A stretch of 56,951 nt of DNA, filler included, from Sluysia triapertura (taxonomy: Eukaryota): the NCBI GenBank assembly GCA_046118255.1. It is 4 parts of 4 records of this genome, joined end to end, with 100 filler letters (N's around TTAATTAATTAA, not from the genome) between each part and the next. Parts side by side here need not be neighbours in the genome. Positions count along the whole stretch, not along the records: positions 1 to 15,544 come from JBJNIA010222465.1; positions 15,645 to 27,076 come from JBJNIA010184812.1; 2 more parts are not named here. One strand, 5' to 3'. Positions 12,486-25,953 of the stretch are shown here, piece after piece. The position numbers and the translations under genes are program-made. Numbering within the stretch: the stretch's first letter is position 1; the number at the start of each line of letters is the position of its first letter. The notes beneath the pieces were generated by a model, which saw only the letters and a list, made by a program, of their open reading frames with translations, ran no database searches and was not told the origin of the DNA.

Positions 12486-14633
12486 CAGGGTGGTTGCTAG
12501 AAAAGCGGTAAATATGTCAAAGAGCTATTTATTTTTTTACAAAGAATAACCTTTATAATTTATAGTTTTAATCTTTGTTCTTTTTAAAAATTAAACACCT
12601 TCAAACACTATTATATTTTCGAAATTAAATTAAAAATGTGTTGAAATGTTTCCTTGTATCGACAGGTTTCTTTATGAACTCTTGCTAATACTATTTTAAA
12701 TCCATTGTCAATATACTCACTTCTTTATAATTTTAGTTAATATTTAAACTCTTTAATGAAGCGTTACTATTTTTCAATGCTTTCGAATTACTTTATAATA
12801 AATTCTTAATTTTGATTAATATGCACTTTTAGTCTTCGACAATAGTCTAAATATCTTCACTTATATAAATTATTATTCGTCAATAACAACTTAAATTATT
12901 TTACCTTATATCGTATAAACTTTTACAAGTTATATTTATGCTTTAGATTTATTTATCTAGGAGAATGAGATCGGATACTCGTTTCGGTGACCTGAAATGG
13001 AAATGAAAAGTAAGTTTTGAATCTGATATCAAATAAAATCAAATCTTGTTCTATTAAAAGTCTGACCTTAATAGAATTTATTTTACAAGAATAATTAAAT
13101 TCAATTTTAATAACAAATATTATTTTCAATTATTACGTAATGTTATTTTAATCTCCTCCTTTGGGGCAAAACTCTTTGTAAAAATTCAAATACAAAAAAA
13201 GTTAAATTAAAGTTTCAAATAAATTTTTAAAAATGAATGAATATTATGTTACATACTCATATTGCTCAAAATGTGGTCCGTTAACTTTAGATCAGCGTCT
13301 TAACCTAGAAGTCCAAGCTTGTGCAGCGTTGTGGAGGATATCTTTGAGGTATCTTTCGAAGCTCTTCTCAAGCTCGTTTTCAAATCATCACTTCTGAATC
13401 TCTGTTTATAACAAGCTCCACGCGCAGTAATCCATGACATTTAAGTCTGGATTTGGAGGGTCAATCTTCCGATTGAATGAAATCAGAAATAGTTTGCTGA
13501 AGAAATTGAACTGAAGCCTTTGTTGTGTGAACCCTGGCGCTATCCATATTTGGTCGTTCATTACATTTCGTATAACGCTGAACATCTGTGGACACATCTC
13601 TTCACAATAAACTTATTGGTTTATTGTTTTTTCTTCTTATCTTCAGGACTCTGATAATATCCATCAAGAAATCGAAGATCCTTTTTACTGTACCGTGAAA
13701 CTGCAGCATAACAAAGAACAGATGGCTGAAAATTGTCATATTCCACAAGCAGATCTTCCTCATATATGTCAGTTTTTACTCGCAATGACAACCTTGCTTC
13801 GTCCGAAAACGATACTTTTTCTAAGCACACTTGATTTAAAGCAACTGATCACTGAAAGCGACTTGTTTTTGCGCATTTTCCTATGTCGCTTGCTGAGGAT
13901 GTTACGTTTTATTCGACGGTAGCATTTCAGTTCACTTTTTTCGAGAATTTCAAACACTGATGTTTTCGATATATTGTGATGTCGAGCGATTTCTTGTTGA
14001 CTGAAATGACGTATGTTTATTGCACCATGTCGCGCATATGAAACAGTCAAATCTTTCACTGTGGCACGTACCTCGTCCGAAATTCGTTTCTTTGAACCCG
14101 TTTCTTTTTGGCGTGTACCAGATGTTTCAGAACCTTCTCGATTCAAAGTTGCAACATCATATTAAATTGAAATCGTTATAATCGTTGAAAAAAATTGGTA
14201 ACATTTTGTCAGTTTCCAAGTCGGATTTTCACTTTTGCAAAAAATAATCACTTGCTTTTGAAAGTCTGAAAGCTTTTTCCTTTTTCTTTTCACGATGTTT
14301 GTATCAAATGGAACCTAAAACAAATCAAAATAGCACGCATTTTATTCAAGATCTCCTCTGACCCTCAAATTTTCATGGATTACTTCGTTTAGAGCTTGTT
14401 AATCACCGAGATTCAGAATTGGCTATATGACATAAATTCTACTGATGATTTGAAAACGAGCTTGGGAACAACTTCGCAAGATACCTCAAAGATACGCTTC
14501 AAAACGCCATACTAGCTTGGATTTCTAGGTTAAGACGCTGCTCTAAAGTGCACGGACGACATTTTGAGCATCTATGACTGTAATATAACATTTGCTGTTT
14601 GACAAATTTTTCGCTTTTCTAGCTACCAAAATG
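12486..14633 (-). mobile_element. maT/DD37D Tc1-mariner element with rearranged ends
   Basis: TA-flanked TIRs CAGGGTGGTTGCTAGAAAAGCG / CGCTTTTCTAGCTACCAAAATG. Disrupted minus-strand transposase (~13255-14300) with an HTH (SQQEIARHHNISKTSV), FSDEA, DSARVH and PDLNVMDY; about 37 residues between the 2nd and 3rd Asp after restoring a frameshift. About 0.7 kb insertion at ~12530-13245. Confidence 0.85.
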
Positions 14634-15544
14634 TATATATTTTCTAATATCACAGCATAAATTTATAAGACTTATTAATAATTAAAAATTACTTTTAGAA
14701 AGTCTAGTAATGTTGTTTAATTTTTACATAATAGAAATAAATTTTACTTCTATTAATATTTGTTTATTTAAGGAAAATTCCACATAACTTAACTTTAAAA
14801 ACTCAAAGCTAGAACTTCTTTTCGATGTCCTAAAGATAGAGTTATCATCTCGGTCTACAGTTTTATATCAATTGTAATCAGTTATACAATAATTTAATTA
14901 ACATTATTTTTATCATTATATATCAATTTAAAATGAAACTAAAATTAAAAAAGAAATAACTCAAAAATGCTTTTAATTATAAAAAGCAAAAATGGAATGA
15001 AAAATCACGCAAAACATGTAATAAAATCTTTTATATTCTATTAAGTATAGAAAATACAAATTAACTATGTTAGAATTAATTAGAATTAACATTTTGTGTT
15101 GTACATATGTCTATAATTTATTTTTTATTTTATTATTATATTTTTGCAAAATTTTGAATATTATTATTATATTTTGAAAAACAAAATTATTTAACAAAAA
15201 ATTGTTTTTGGAATCTGGATAAATTTAAATATTTTTAAATTTAAACCTGAAAAATAATTTAAATCAAAAAATAAATATCAAAATTAATTTAAATATTTTT
15301 TAGAAACTAAATAAATATTTTACTATCATCTTAAAAAATATTTTTAAATTTAAAGATTAATTTTGTTTTAATGAATCAATTTTATTAATTCAACAAAGAC
15401 CAAAAATGGCTTCCAGCAAGGTAGTATAAATAATTTAACTTTTTGACCAAGATTTTAGAATTAAAAATTTAGAGAAGTAAAGTAGATTGGAAGTCAAGCA
15501 GATAATTTCATTTTTAGCAGTTGAGAATTAAATTAAAGAAGATT

Positions 15545-15644
15545 NNNNNNNNNNNNNNNNNNNNNNNNNNNNNNNNNNNNNNNNNNNNTTAATTAATTAA
15601 NNNNNNNNNNNNNNNNNNNNNNNNNNNNNNNNNNNNNNNNNNNN
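15545..15644. other. Artificial contig spacer (N44-TTAATTAATTAA-N44)
   Basis: 100 nt with a six-frame stop linker; identical spacers at 27077-27176 and 38364-38463. Confidence 0.98.
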
Positions 15645-15943
15645 TGATAACTATATGAATTTATTACCTTTCAGTCTAAAAATATTATTATAGTATGTAA
15701 AAAACCACTAATAAAATCAAAATTATATAAAAAATTAACGTATAATATCAATTGGAAAAAACTATAATAGCAGCATTAAAAAACATAAAGACCACCAAGT
15801 CGAGCTAGCAGATTACTTGTGCGATATTGTTTATTATCAAGTTATTCGTGGACATTGTTTGCAGAAACACTATTTATTATCGAATTATCTGGCATGGCTC
15901 GTTTTCCGAACAAAACCTGTTATCGAACGATTCTTATTCATTA

Positions 15944-16154
15944 CATGTAAGTTTTAGTCTGAATGGTAAAATATAAAATTAATAAATTCTAAATTTGGTA
16001 AACTATAAAATAGATTATAAAATTGAATATAAAATTGAATTTCAGTGTTGATTTTCGTTTATATTACTTATATCTGTATTATATAATTTTGCTGTTTAAT
16101 TCAGTTATAAATAATTTGAATTTTATTGTTAATTTCCATTCAGACTAACACATG
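15944..16154. repeat. MITE-like foldback (~210 bp)
   Basis: CATGT..TTAGTCTGAATGG at the left end is inverted to CCATTCAGACTAA..ACATG at the right end. Confidence 0.6.
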
Positions 16155-16749
16155 TTATTTCAATAAAGTTTTGTTTAGCTCCATTTGTGTTGGTAAATAA
16201 ACAGGGGTTGAATATAGAGTAACCAAATGAATTAAAATTGGTAAAGTTTTAATAATGTTAAATTAAAATTTTGATAAAGTAAACAAAGCTTTACGTTATA
16301 ACCAAAAAACAACAGAGATTTAAATAAATAAAATTTGCGAGATTTAAAGGAATGATTTTTTATTAATCATTTCCATCTCGAACAACTGAGACGAGTATAA
16401 GACTCACGATATTAAAGATAAGTATTTTAGATTGAGTTAACTTTAAACGAGTTAGGCAATTTAATATTAGTGCATAATTATCAGCACTCGCCAAGGACGC
16501 TTACAATAAAAAGAACTCAACGTAGAATGATCCAATAAACACACACTACGTTAGTATTAGTAGAAGTTCTTTGTATACATGTAACTTTATAATGAAATTA
16601 GTCATTTTGATTATGGACTGTGACAATAGTGTCGTATAAAGTGATGTGATGTTATTGTTCATAAAGGTTGATTTGATTAAATTTATCATATATAATGTGT
16701 ATTATATTATGTGAAGTATATTTGTAAATTATGTTTGTGAATTTTCAAA

Positions 16750-17700
16750 GACTGACATATCAAACAGGATTTGCACCAATTTTTTAAAGTCTTTGAGCGC
16801 AAAACTTCATATTTAGCTTTAGTTCCAGAATGGGTCGTATTATGTATGCATGTTAAGCTTTAATTCGTAATTGTTAGCCTAGTGATGGACCTGATAATTG
16901 ATTATCAAAGCAGATTCCTTCACGTAATGTAGGTGCAGCACTGAATTGTGAAATCCATTGACCATTGGATGGGTTTTGTCATAGGTATTGAACGGTGGAC
17001 GTCGGTAAAGTCTGCTATTGATTTCTACTCGGAATAAAGCATCTGCAACCACATTATCTTGCCCTGAAACGTATTTAATATTGAAATTGAATTAGGGCAC
17101 ATATCTGATGTGTCGTTATCATACATAGGATTTTTCATATTGAAAATCTGCAGCAACAGTTTATGGTCTGATCTTAATATGAATTGATCCATGATCAGTA
17201 AGTATTCAAAATGTTTTACTGATAAATAAATAGTCAACTTATGTGAAAAGAATTAGATTGGTATTGTATAGCGCCGATTGCCGTATTGGCGTCTCCAGTC
17301 AGAATAAAGGGTAATTATCGCAGCGGAAAGATTAAATTTTTAATGTTCATAATCGATCACTTTGTACGATAAGAAGATGTCAAAGATGTTTGATCCCATT
17401 TTATTTACTGAGATTTCTTATCTGAGGAAAGAGCTGTTAATGGAGCTATAATACTAGATAACCTAGATATAAATCTGCGGAAATAATTTACCATGCATAC
17501 GAAACTCCGCATTTGATTATTGTTGCTGTCGGGTTTCAGAAGTTTATTGAAGTTTGATTTATAGAATTGACATTTCGTTGGTTTAATGATTAAATTATTG
17601 TCGGCCAATTTTAAATGAATTTGATGTTGTTGAACATCTTCTGACGCGATTATGATGACATCGATATATGTCGCTTAGAATGATAGTCCTTGAAGGATTT
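16750..17700 (-). mobile_element. Ty3/Gypsy pol remnant (RT, RNase H, start of integrase)
   Basis: YIDVIIIAS (YxDD-derived), LIIKPTKCQF, MRSFVCMVNYFRRFI...APLT, PFILTGDA, KHFEYLL...FILRSDHK, YVSGQDNVVADAL; many stops and deletions. Confidence 0.9.
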
Positions 17701-18628
17701 GTGTCGGGTATGTAGTGGTTAAACCCTTTAAACCTGTCATCGAAATGAGGCTAAGGCTAGAAATGTATTGGTCTTAAGGAAAATTAAAAGTACAGAAAGC
17801 ATAATCAAGCACAAACAAACTTCACTGAAAAAGAACGGTGCCACAACACTAAATTCACTAGATAAAACGAGTTAACACTATAATCAATAAACTCTAAAAA
17901 TATTAACACAAAATTGTAGCCCATGTAAACATAGACAATATTATCAGTCATGTTAACCATTTAACAATTCATTTATTTGTGAAATTTCTTTCAAAGATTA
18001 TTAGTATTTTTGTTTCATAATTCGATCATAAATTAACTTTTTATAATAATAATGATAAAAGTATGTTTTTCAACATTCATCGTTAATTTAATAATTGATA
18101 ATAAATTAAGAATTTAATTTAATAATAATGTACTTGAAGTGTTATTGCGAGTATCAGGAACAGGTAAATCACTTATTAGGTTAATCATATTAGTGAAAAT
18201 AATATTTGCATCAATAGTTTCAATATTACATTGAAAATGAATCTGACAATGGCATTAGATAAAAAAACTCATTGTCTGTATTCTATTAATAATCAATGAC
18301 TGTACAATGAGACGTACCGTATCTGCATTAATGAACTTTAACATTTTAAATTGATTTTTACACAAAATATGAAAATAATATTTAATACAAAATTTAAACT
18401 AATATTTTATCATTCGAGTAATTAATATACATGACATAGTTATTTAAATAGTTAAAGTACTTGAGAAAATGTAAACACATTTCGTATTTGCTTAAATACA
18501 TGAAATTACAGTTTCGATTGTTTTATTTATTAAAATGTTAATGATAAAATTCTAGTAAACATTTAAAAATATTAATACAAATAATTATTCATTTATAAAT
18601 AATTCAGAATTGTATACAATATAATAAT

Positions 18629-19735
18629 TCATTGATTAGTGACTTTTGCATATTTAATTAATTTATGCGCATGACATAGAGATATGTCCAACATTAATAT
18701 TACATAAATTTCTTTCCTAGAGATAATTAAAGACTTTAAAAGCTCGAATAGTATGGTATGTATTAAGTTTACTTTGTCATAATAATATGTATATGGATGA
18801 AAGCATTTTGTAGTTGGTATTAGGAAAAAGAGAGCAAATAAAAGGTTTATATTTCTAGCAAGTCGTACTTTTGAATGCATACATTTAATAAGATCCATAT
18901 TGTATGCGACGATCGAAGAAAAGATGTTTCAAACTGCAAGGTAACTTGTTCGTTTTATTATTCTCTCCAGAAGTAATTAATAATCCTTTTTTGAGATTAA
19001 ATAGACTTAATGAAATATTGGTTAGTTACTTTCGTATGATGGTTTAAGATCATATTAATTGCTTAAAATTGATTAATTTGTTCGAATGAGGTCTGCTCTT
19101 TATAATTGGATATTTTGATATAATAAAATGTATTTTTAAGATTTGTTTTTGTTGTTTACACTTTTATTCATTTTTAAGCATTATTGTGCATGTAATGAAT
19201 AGACTGAAATAGAAGTCTACTAAGCATATCAAAAATTTTCTATCCCTCGTTAAAATATCTAAGTCCTTGCCCTATCGAACATAATTTTTCGACGCATTGT
19301 ATTACTTTAAAGTTTTAAAATATAAACCAAAATTTGACTCGACATTCGATTTTCGACATCGAAACATCAAGTTATTCTACGATTGTTGTTCTAGTTGGGA
19401 CATTTCAATACAACCAGTATCTGGTGATTTTCGCATTATAATCGTAAAAGTTTCTATGTAAATAGCACCACATCAATTTTCCTAATTCTCATATAAATTT
19501 TCTGCCACCATTTAGGAAATCTTTAGGTGCTTCAAATCCGTAATCTATAACACGCTCTTGTTCCTGTGTAATGAATAAACTTAAATAAATTCGACGCATT
19601 CTCTGTTAAATGTCATGCACATTTTAAATAATTTTCTTTTTAATTCCAACTCAATGTTCAATTTATAACATTTACAAATTTTCTTGTCAATGATTATAAT
19701 ATTCACAAAATTTATTTGTTTCGTTTTGCATTCCA
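18629..19735 (-). pseudogene. Disrupted paralog of the unknown ORF family at 31201-32751
   Basis: Collinear motifs: VIDYGF vs IIDNGF; DLKPSYESN*PIFH vs VFKPSYNPESLFH; IIKRTSYLAV*NI...NMDLIK vs IIRLFQSSDDFWSY...NELLK (TGA where Trp sits); LIHTILFEL vs VIHKLVQHL. Confidence 0.55.
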
Positions 19736-20624
19736 TGTTTTATTCATAATGCTGACTGTGTGCTAATTAAAAGTGATAGTGATTCTGGCATATTCCTTTC
19801 ATGTTTGATAATTTCTTATTTTTGTAAAACTAAAAACGTATTTTTCTATATTTTATGATGTTTTAAATTAGAAAATGTTTATTCATAGATATTTAGATAT
19901 TGTAATTTTATATTCAATGATATTCAAAAATGAAAGTTCTTACAATGTCATTATATTTTCTTTTGTTTTATTTTCATTTATTTTTAAAGTTAGATGCATT
20001 TATGAAGTATTTCTTATTTTCGGATTTTTAAGCTGTAATCTTTTTATAAAGTTTTAGATTATTTGAAAAAATTATTTATACTTAATTTTTATATTTAAGA
20101 TTATTTTTTATTTTACGCTTTTCATTGATGCAACACATGAACATTTATTTATCGAATATTTTCTGCATCAGCATTTGAAATTCTACAAATTATATTGAAT
20201 CTTTTAATGCATTTATTAAAATAATAGATTTGTTGTTTTTTGGTTGGTTTTAATACGATCTTCAAAACTGAAATAATATTTCTGATAAAATATCAATTTA
20301 AAAGTCTCTTATATCTATCACAATATGGGTTCGGAGATGGAGTAGTATGCTTGTGAGTTTTAATTCAAAACCCTTTGATAAAAAATCAGTTTTGTAACGT
20401 TTATTAAATCAAATGGGACAAATTTTCTTAATATTTAATTAAGTGTAAAATTTTATCTATTTACATATAAGAATAATACAATAATACTACACTGCACTAA
20501 CTTCAAATTAAATAATATTCGTAGAATTAAATAATGTTTACTAAAATTTCTTATGTTTTCATACTATTTCCTCTATTCAGGTTCTATAGCCAATAATTTT
20601 TTATTATCGTATTAAAAGATCCCT

Positions 20625-20802
20625 TTACATAATATTTCGTTTTCTAACCAATCTATTTCTATCATATTTTATATACAGTAATCTTATACTATGACTATAT
20701 AACTGATTTATAACAGTAATCGGCTATACAACCATAGTATAAGATTCACTGTATATAAGATATGATAGAAATAGATTAGTTAGAAAGTGAAATATTATGT
20801 GA
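20625..20802. repeat. Near-perfect palindrome / MITE (~180 bp)
   Basis: ACATAATATTTC..TTTCTAAC.AATCTATTTCTATCATAT..TATATACAGT is mirrored by ACTGTATATA..ATATGATAGAAATAGATT.GTTAGAAA..GAAATATTATGT. Confidence 0.85.
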
Positions 20803-21245
20803 CGTATTTTTGCGATATGTGTTATTTTTCATATTACATACTTCTTTATTTATATCCTCCCGGTTAGATAATATTTGCATGTGCCTGCTAGTTAGTTACT
20901 TTTCCGCTAATTTTTTTGCCTCCGTTTTATCCTTAATATTTTTGGAGGCTAATTAAGTGAATCGATTCATGCATTATTCCTTCAAACTTATTTATCAGTT
21001 TCTATCTTCTCGAATGTTGGCGCTATTTTTGATCGCTTTTTGGCATACAAAAAGATGTTTTTGATGGGTATATGGATATTTTCATAAATCGTAGAATATA
21101 CCTTTTATATAATATTCTACAGTGTTTTTTAAAAATTTTATGGAATTACAATAGATGATTGATTATCTTTAAAGTATTATTAAATTATGATACAACTTCA
21201 ATATTATTGATATGCTTCAATAACATTTACATTTTGCAATTTAAG

Positions 21246-21985
21246 GTATCTTCAAAAGATGCAGTTGATGCTCTAAGTAGCTCCTCTTGCACAGCAACCA
21301 ATGAAGAAAAAAATCCAAAATCAAATGACAAATTAGAACCACAGCATCATCAAGGTAGTCCACAAAGACAAATTGAGCAACCTCCACTTCCTCCAATTCC
21401 TAAGCAGCAACAATCAACACCAATACAGCAATGTAAGGTAGCTTCACCAATTAAATCACCGACACGAAATAAGCCATTACTGAAACAAAGCAGTGGTAAT
21501 TTTGACAACAAAGGCTTTGTTATTAATAGTAATAATGTTAGAGATAGTTTTGATTTTATTTTACGATTGGATAAAATTTGTTACCTAAATGTGCAAAGTA
21601 AAACTTTAATGTTATTGTTTCTTAGACATACATTTTCCTTATAAAGTTGAAATAAATTATTAATTATTGTAGATATTTATTTAAATGAGAAATCGAAATT
21701 TGTCACTTTTTATTTTGCCGAAATAAATTTAGATTTAAATTATAAAAATATATTTATTGATTGTCAATTTCAGCCGTTCTTGGCGGATATGGAAGAAGAA
21801 AGTCACTATATAAATGAAGACTACATACCGACTCCCTTAACAGTTAGTGATGCGTGCGATGGTGATGAAAGTGATAATGATGATAGTGATGGTGAAGGTG
21901 GTGCCGCAATTGTTGGAGATGAAGCTGATTCTGAGTCCAGTTCTATTGATGATGAAGAGCTAAACACTTTAGCACCTGCTAGGAA
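21246..21985 (+). CDS. Two internal exons of a host gene (Pro/Gln-rich exon from 21246; acidic exon 21774-21985), possibly neurabin/spinophilin-like
   Basis: Elevated GC and coding-like composition; AG acceptors ending at 21245 and 21773, GT donor at 21986. The acidic exon ends ...DDEELNTLAPARK, reminiscent of the acidic-PAPSRKIHF PP1-docking region (weak). The donor of the first exon is uncertain. Confidence 0.6.
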
Positions 21986-22199
21986 GTAATTTTTCATTTT
22001 AATGAAAATTCGTAAATTGGTCATCTTACAACAATAGGTTTTACTTAATTCATTTTAACAATTTAATGACTTTCGAAAATATTTGATATATTCAAGCAAA
22101 ACAAATAATGACAATTTTCTAATTTAACTCTTCGAAATCCCAATAGGAATTATATTTTTCCAAAATATATCATATAAGATAATTAAATTGATGTAAATT

Positions 22200-23230
22200 G
22201 TAATATTTAAACAAATATTATGGAGGAGAAATTTCATTGACTAAGACTAATGTATTCTATTTATTGAAAATGAAGAATTTATTGTTGGAATCGAATGGTA
22301 TTTGAAACCATTATAAATAAATATCGGGCGTTAAAAATAGAAAATATTAAGAAAATGAAAATGGATAATTTTTTAATAAAGATTAGTTAAGTTTATATTG
22401 TCTTAGATTATTCAATGAAAATAATTTACAATTTTCGTGAAAAACAGTAATTTAAGACAGAGAAGATCTTTCTATAAATAAAAAGTTGCTTCTGCTAAAA
22501 ATGAAGTAGATATACCAATGGAAGAATTTCAATTTCAATATCAAATGAAAGTACAAAATTAAACAGCAATCTTTTTAAGCAACAAAATGGTTTAGTAAAA
22601 TAGTCAAAGTATCAGCTAGAAAATATTAAAATTCATCGATTGGAAATTATTATTGAATCGATAAAATAATATTTGAAAATTAATTAAGTCAGAATTTATA
22701 ATATTCAGTAATAAAAATAGCAACAATCCTAAAATAATGACAAGATGCTAGAAGCGAAATTGAAAGTACGGAATATAGTAGGATACTATAACATTTTAAA
22801 AACTTAACGTGGAAGAAAATATTAATTGTATTATAAAGTGTAAGTATCAATTAAATAAAATATCAAATATTTGAAAATTTATTAATGAAGATACAGCTAA
22901 GCTAATTGTTCATTCATTGATAACTAATAATGTAAATATATTGTACTTAGTACGAAAACTGCAATCATTATTGGTTCAATCAGCATGACCAATTTTCCAA
23001 GTGGTAATAAGATCTCATATACATCTTATCTTAAAGAATTACACTGTTTACTAATAAAAACAAGAATGGAATTCAAAATCATGACAATAATTTATAATAA
23101 TGCTTCCATTGTATCTTGGAAATAATGCAAAATAAAGATTATAGAAATTTATGCACAAACCATTGTGATAATACGATTGATGATAGGTTGTACATCGTTA
23201 ATGTTTCCAAAAGTATATTGGAGTATTATG
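22200..23230 (+). mobile_element. L2/CR1-group LINE ORF2 3' remnant
   Basis: NEDTAKLIVHSLIT..., KLQSL, SHI.SYLKELHCLLIKTRMEFKIMTIIY match the L2 C-terminal pattern (AKTLVHAFVTSRLDY...HITPVLKSLHWLPV..RIEFKI). The 5' boundary is approximate. Confidence 0.7.
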
Positions 23231-23339
23231 AAATATTTAAGAAAAAAGAAAATGATTTAATGATTTTTATTATGTAGCAGATATTAGAGCAATATTATTT
23301 AATATGCATGCATGTATTTTTATTATTAATATTAATATT

Positions 23340-23340
23340 A

Positions 23341-23380
<40 letters not shown>

Positions 23381-23414
23381 GTTGTTGTTGTTGTTATTAT
23401 TATTATTATTATTA
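23340..23414. repeat. (ATT/GTT)n microsatellite
   Basis: Direct reading. Confidence 0.95.
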
Positions 23415-24199
23415 TAAAATTTGCTTTAATCTTCCAATAAGCTCTCTGCCATAGATATTCAATGATTATTAATAATTTCATAATCATAAATAATGACAGA
23501 TATATATAATAGCACTATAATAGCACTCATGAAAATTATTCTGTTATTAAATATGTTTATGAACTGCATATGGTATTGTTGACGACTTTTCTTTTGATAT
23601 GAAATTATGTGCTTTGATCGTACATGAAAGGTGTGGTTTATGGGACTTCAAAATTTCGCGAGACTAATGCCATTTTGAATCATAATTAACGTTGTTGATT
23701 TGAACATGCAAATGATTTTGGTATAATTTAAGATAATTATTGATAGTTTGATGACAAAAAATCATCAGAGAATTTATTTTGAGTCATTTCGTTAATAAAA
23801 TCTTAATTTACTTTTTGTAACTTCAGAAATGTTAAATTTTAAATTTGAGAGAAAATTTTTACTATCTATATAAATCATTCATTAGTAAATCAATTTTATT
23901 ATAAGATAGCTTCAAAGCTTGGTTAAGATTTATTTCAATTCTGATTCTACAGATTAATATTCCTTTACGTTTTGAAGTTATTTCGATTTCAATTAATAAT
24001 AGGCGCAAAAATTCAACTTTAACCTGAATAGGAGGATAATTTACCACCCTTTAATAATAATAAGAAAATAATAAACACAATTATGGATTATAATACGTTG
24101 TAATGTATAATAATAATAATAATAATAATACATTTTATGATAAGAGTAAAATAGAAAATGCTTACGAACAAGTTTGAACAAAATTTTATTGGATACAGA

Positions 24200-24765
24200 A
24201 AGAATGTTAATGACTCGTAGTATTACTTGGTTTTACGATTATAAGATTTTCGAATTCATTGATAATAATAGTCTTTTCAAGAGCATAACTTTGACGAATA
24301 TTATTTTGGACATCATACTTAGGAAAATCGGTTACAACATTAACACAACTTGAGCTAGTGAAAACAATACCTCTGTATTCAAGTAATCTACACATGCGCT
24401 GCGAGCAACACAAACTTCAACCTTCGGCATAACTCGTAGCTGGCATCTAACATGTTAAGATAATTGCTTGTCATTGTCTGAATAATTTTTTATCAATACA
24501 TCGTTCTGGTTTTTCTGTCATAAGTACTATGGGATATTTCGTTTCTGTTAGAATTAATAATATCGTCAGTGATGACTTCATTGACGATATGCCATCTTGT
24601 TCTTTACTTTTAATAATAACTGTTCAAAAATTGCTAGAATGAGACGTTCAATTTCGAAATAACGCTAGATCTGCGCTGGCCAAATTTATCCTTAAATTCA
24701 GATAAAGTTAACCGACCATTTTCATCATTACCCAATAAATTGAAAACAGCTTGCAATTGTTCTTT
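24200..24765 (-). pseudogene. EF-hand-containing gene remnant (RASEF/CRACR2-like EF hand)
   Basis: After an AG acceptor: KEQLQAVFNLLGNDENGRLTLSEFKDKFG (EF-hand loop with the first Asp lost), followed by stop-interrupted coding-like sequence. Confidence 0.45.
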
Positions 24766-25146
24766 CTATTTCTTTATGTAACCTAACTGTTATTAAACAT
24801 CTATTTAGCTCTTCATGAAAATAAAATACTCATAAATCAGAACAAATTCAGACTATTATATCGTGAAAAGTTATTGATTTTTAGTTGCTCTTAAAATAAA
24901 ATAATGAAACATTTTAAATGAGATTAAATATTAAACATTTTATATATTAAATTTTTAGCCATTTTGTTTTGCAGGTAAATTTTTTAATTACGTTACTCCA
25001 ATGAAATGTGAATTGCAAGCTAATGTAGCATTTCATTGGGCAGACAGCTAAAATTAACTGCCACATTGATGACGTAGAATAATGGTGGTGATGATGAAAA
25101 TAATAAAATGAGGACTATAATTGTTTATGCTTTGACTTTCTAAATG

Positions 25147-25169
25147 TATTATTATTGTTGCTGTAATTA

Positions 25170-25239
<70 letters not shown>

Positions 25240-25241
25240 TA
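25147..25241. repeat. (ATT)n microsatellite
   Basis: Direct reading; explains the poly-N and poly-L ORFs. Confidence 0.95.
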
Positions 25242-25267
25242 TTAGAAATTAATTTATTAAACTCTAG

Positions 25268-25953
25268 CGGTGTCAATATGTTTGCAATGCTGAAAGGAAG
25301 TTTGCCGTTTATCGTAAAACCATTTTCTTTGGAAATTCTGAAAACAAAAATGCTTAACAAAGAATATACCAAATTTCCGGATCATATTAGTACAGGTGAA
25401 TATAATTTTTTACTATTTTCATCTTACTTACAATTGTAAATAGCATAAAATTTTACAAATAATTAAAACAGAATGCCGTGAATTGATATTAAAATTTCTT
25501 GACCCTAATCCGATAACCCGAATCACCTTGACAACAGTTCAACTATCATCATGGTTATTAATGAAAAATTCTTTCAATGATCATACTGAAACTGCAATCA
25601 AAACTTTTATTGTGCCAACTGAATTAACTCAATTAAATCATTCTTTAGTTCGTTATATGAATGAAAATTTTAATTATCCAAAATCAGATATCATTAAAAG
25701 TGTAATTTCGAATATTCCTAATTCTGCCAACAGTTGTTACAAACTATTATTAGAACAAATGCAAATACAGCAAAGAAAATCATTAGCAAATTTGAAGAAA
25801 TCGATGTCAATGACGTTAGACAATATTGATGTTTCTTCCAGAAAACAAAAGCAACAACAGCAACAACAACAACATGACAACAATTATCATTACAACAATC
25901 AACGTGACAATTTGCAGTCAAGCATTAATAAAAGAATCTGTAAATCATATGAA
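25268..25953 (+). CDS. HUNK: HUNK-like AMPK-related kinase, exons 25268-25395 and 25472-25953 (kinase C-lobe end, UBA-like domain, polyQ)
   Basis: GVNMFAMLKGSLPFIVKPFSL..L..KM matches HUNK GVNMYAMLTGTLPFTVEPFSL..L..KM. A 76-nt GT-AG intron gives STECRELILKFLDPNPITRIT; UBA-like SDIIKSVISN...YKLL; GTAAGT donor at 25954. Confidence 0.85.

Noticed and set aside
15589-15600. Recurrent TTAATTAATTAA palindrome inside N runs
   Set aside because: Artificial six-frame stop linker used to concatenate contigs.
18629-19000. TGA-as-Trp alternative genetic code
   Set aside because: TGA at Trp positions is explained by G>A decay; TAA/TAG stops and frameshifts co-occur, and intact exons use TGG.
25115-25372. 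Poly-Asn and poly-Leu ORFs (also 11376-11573)
   Set aside because: Translations of AAT microsatellites.
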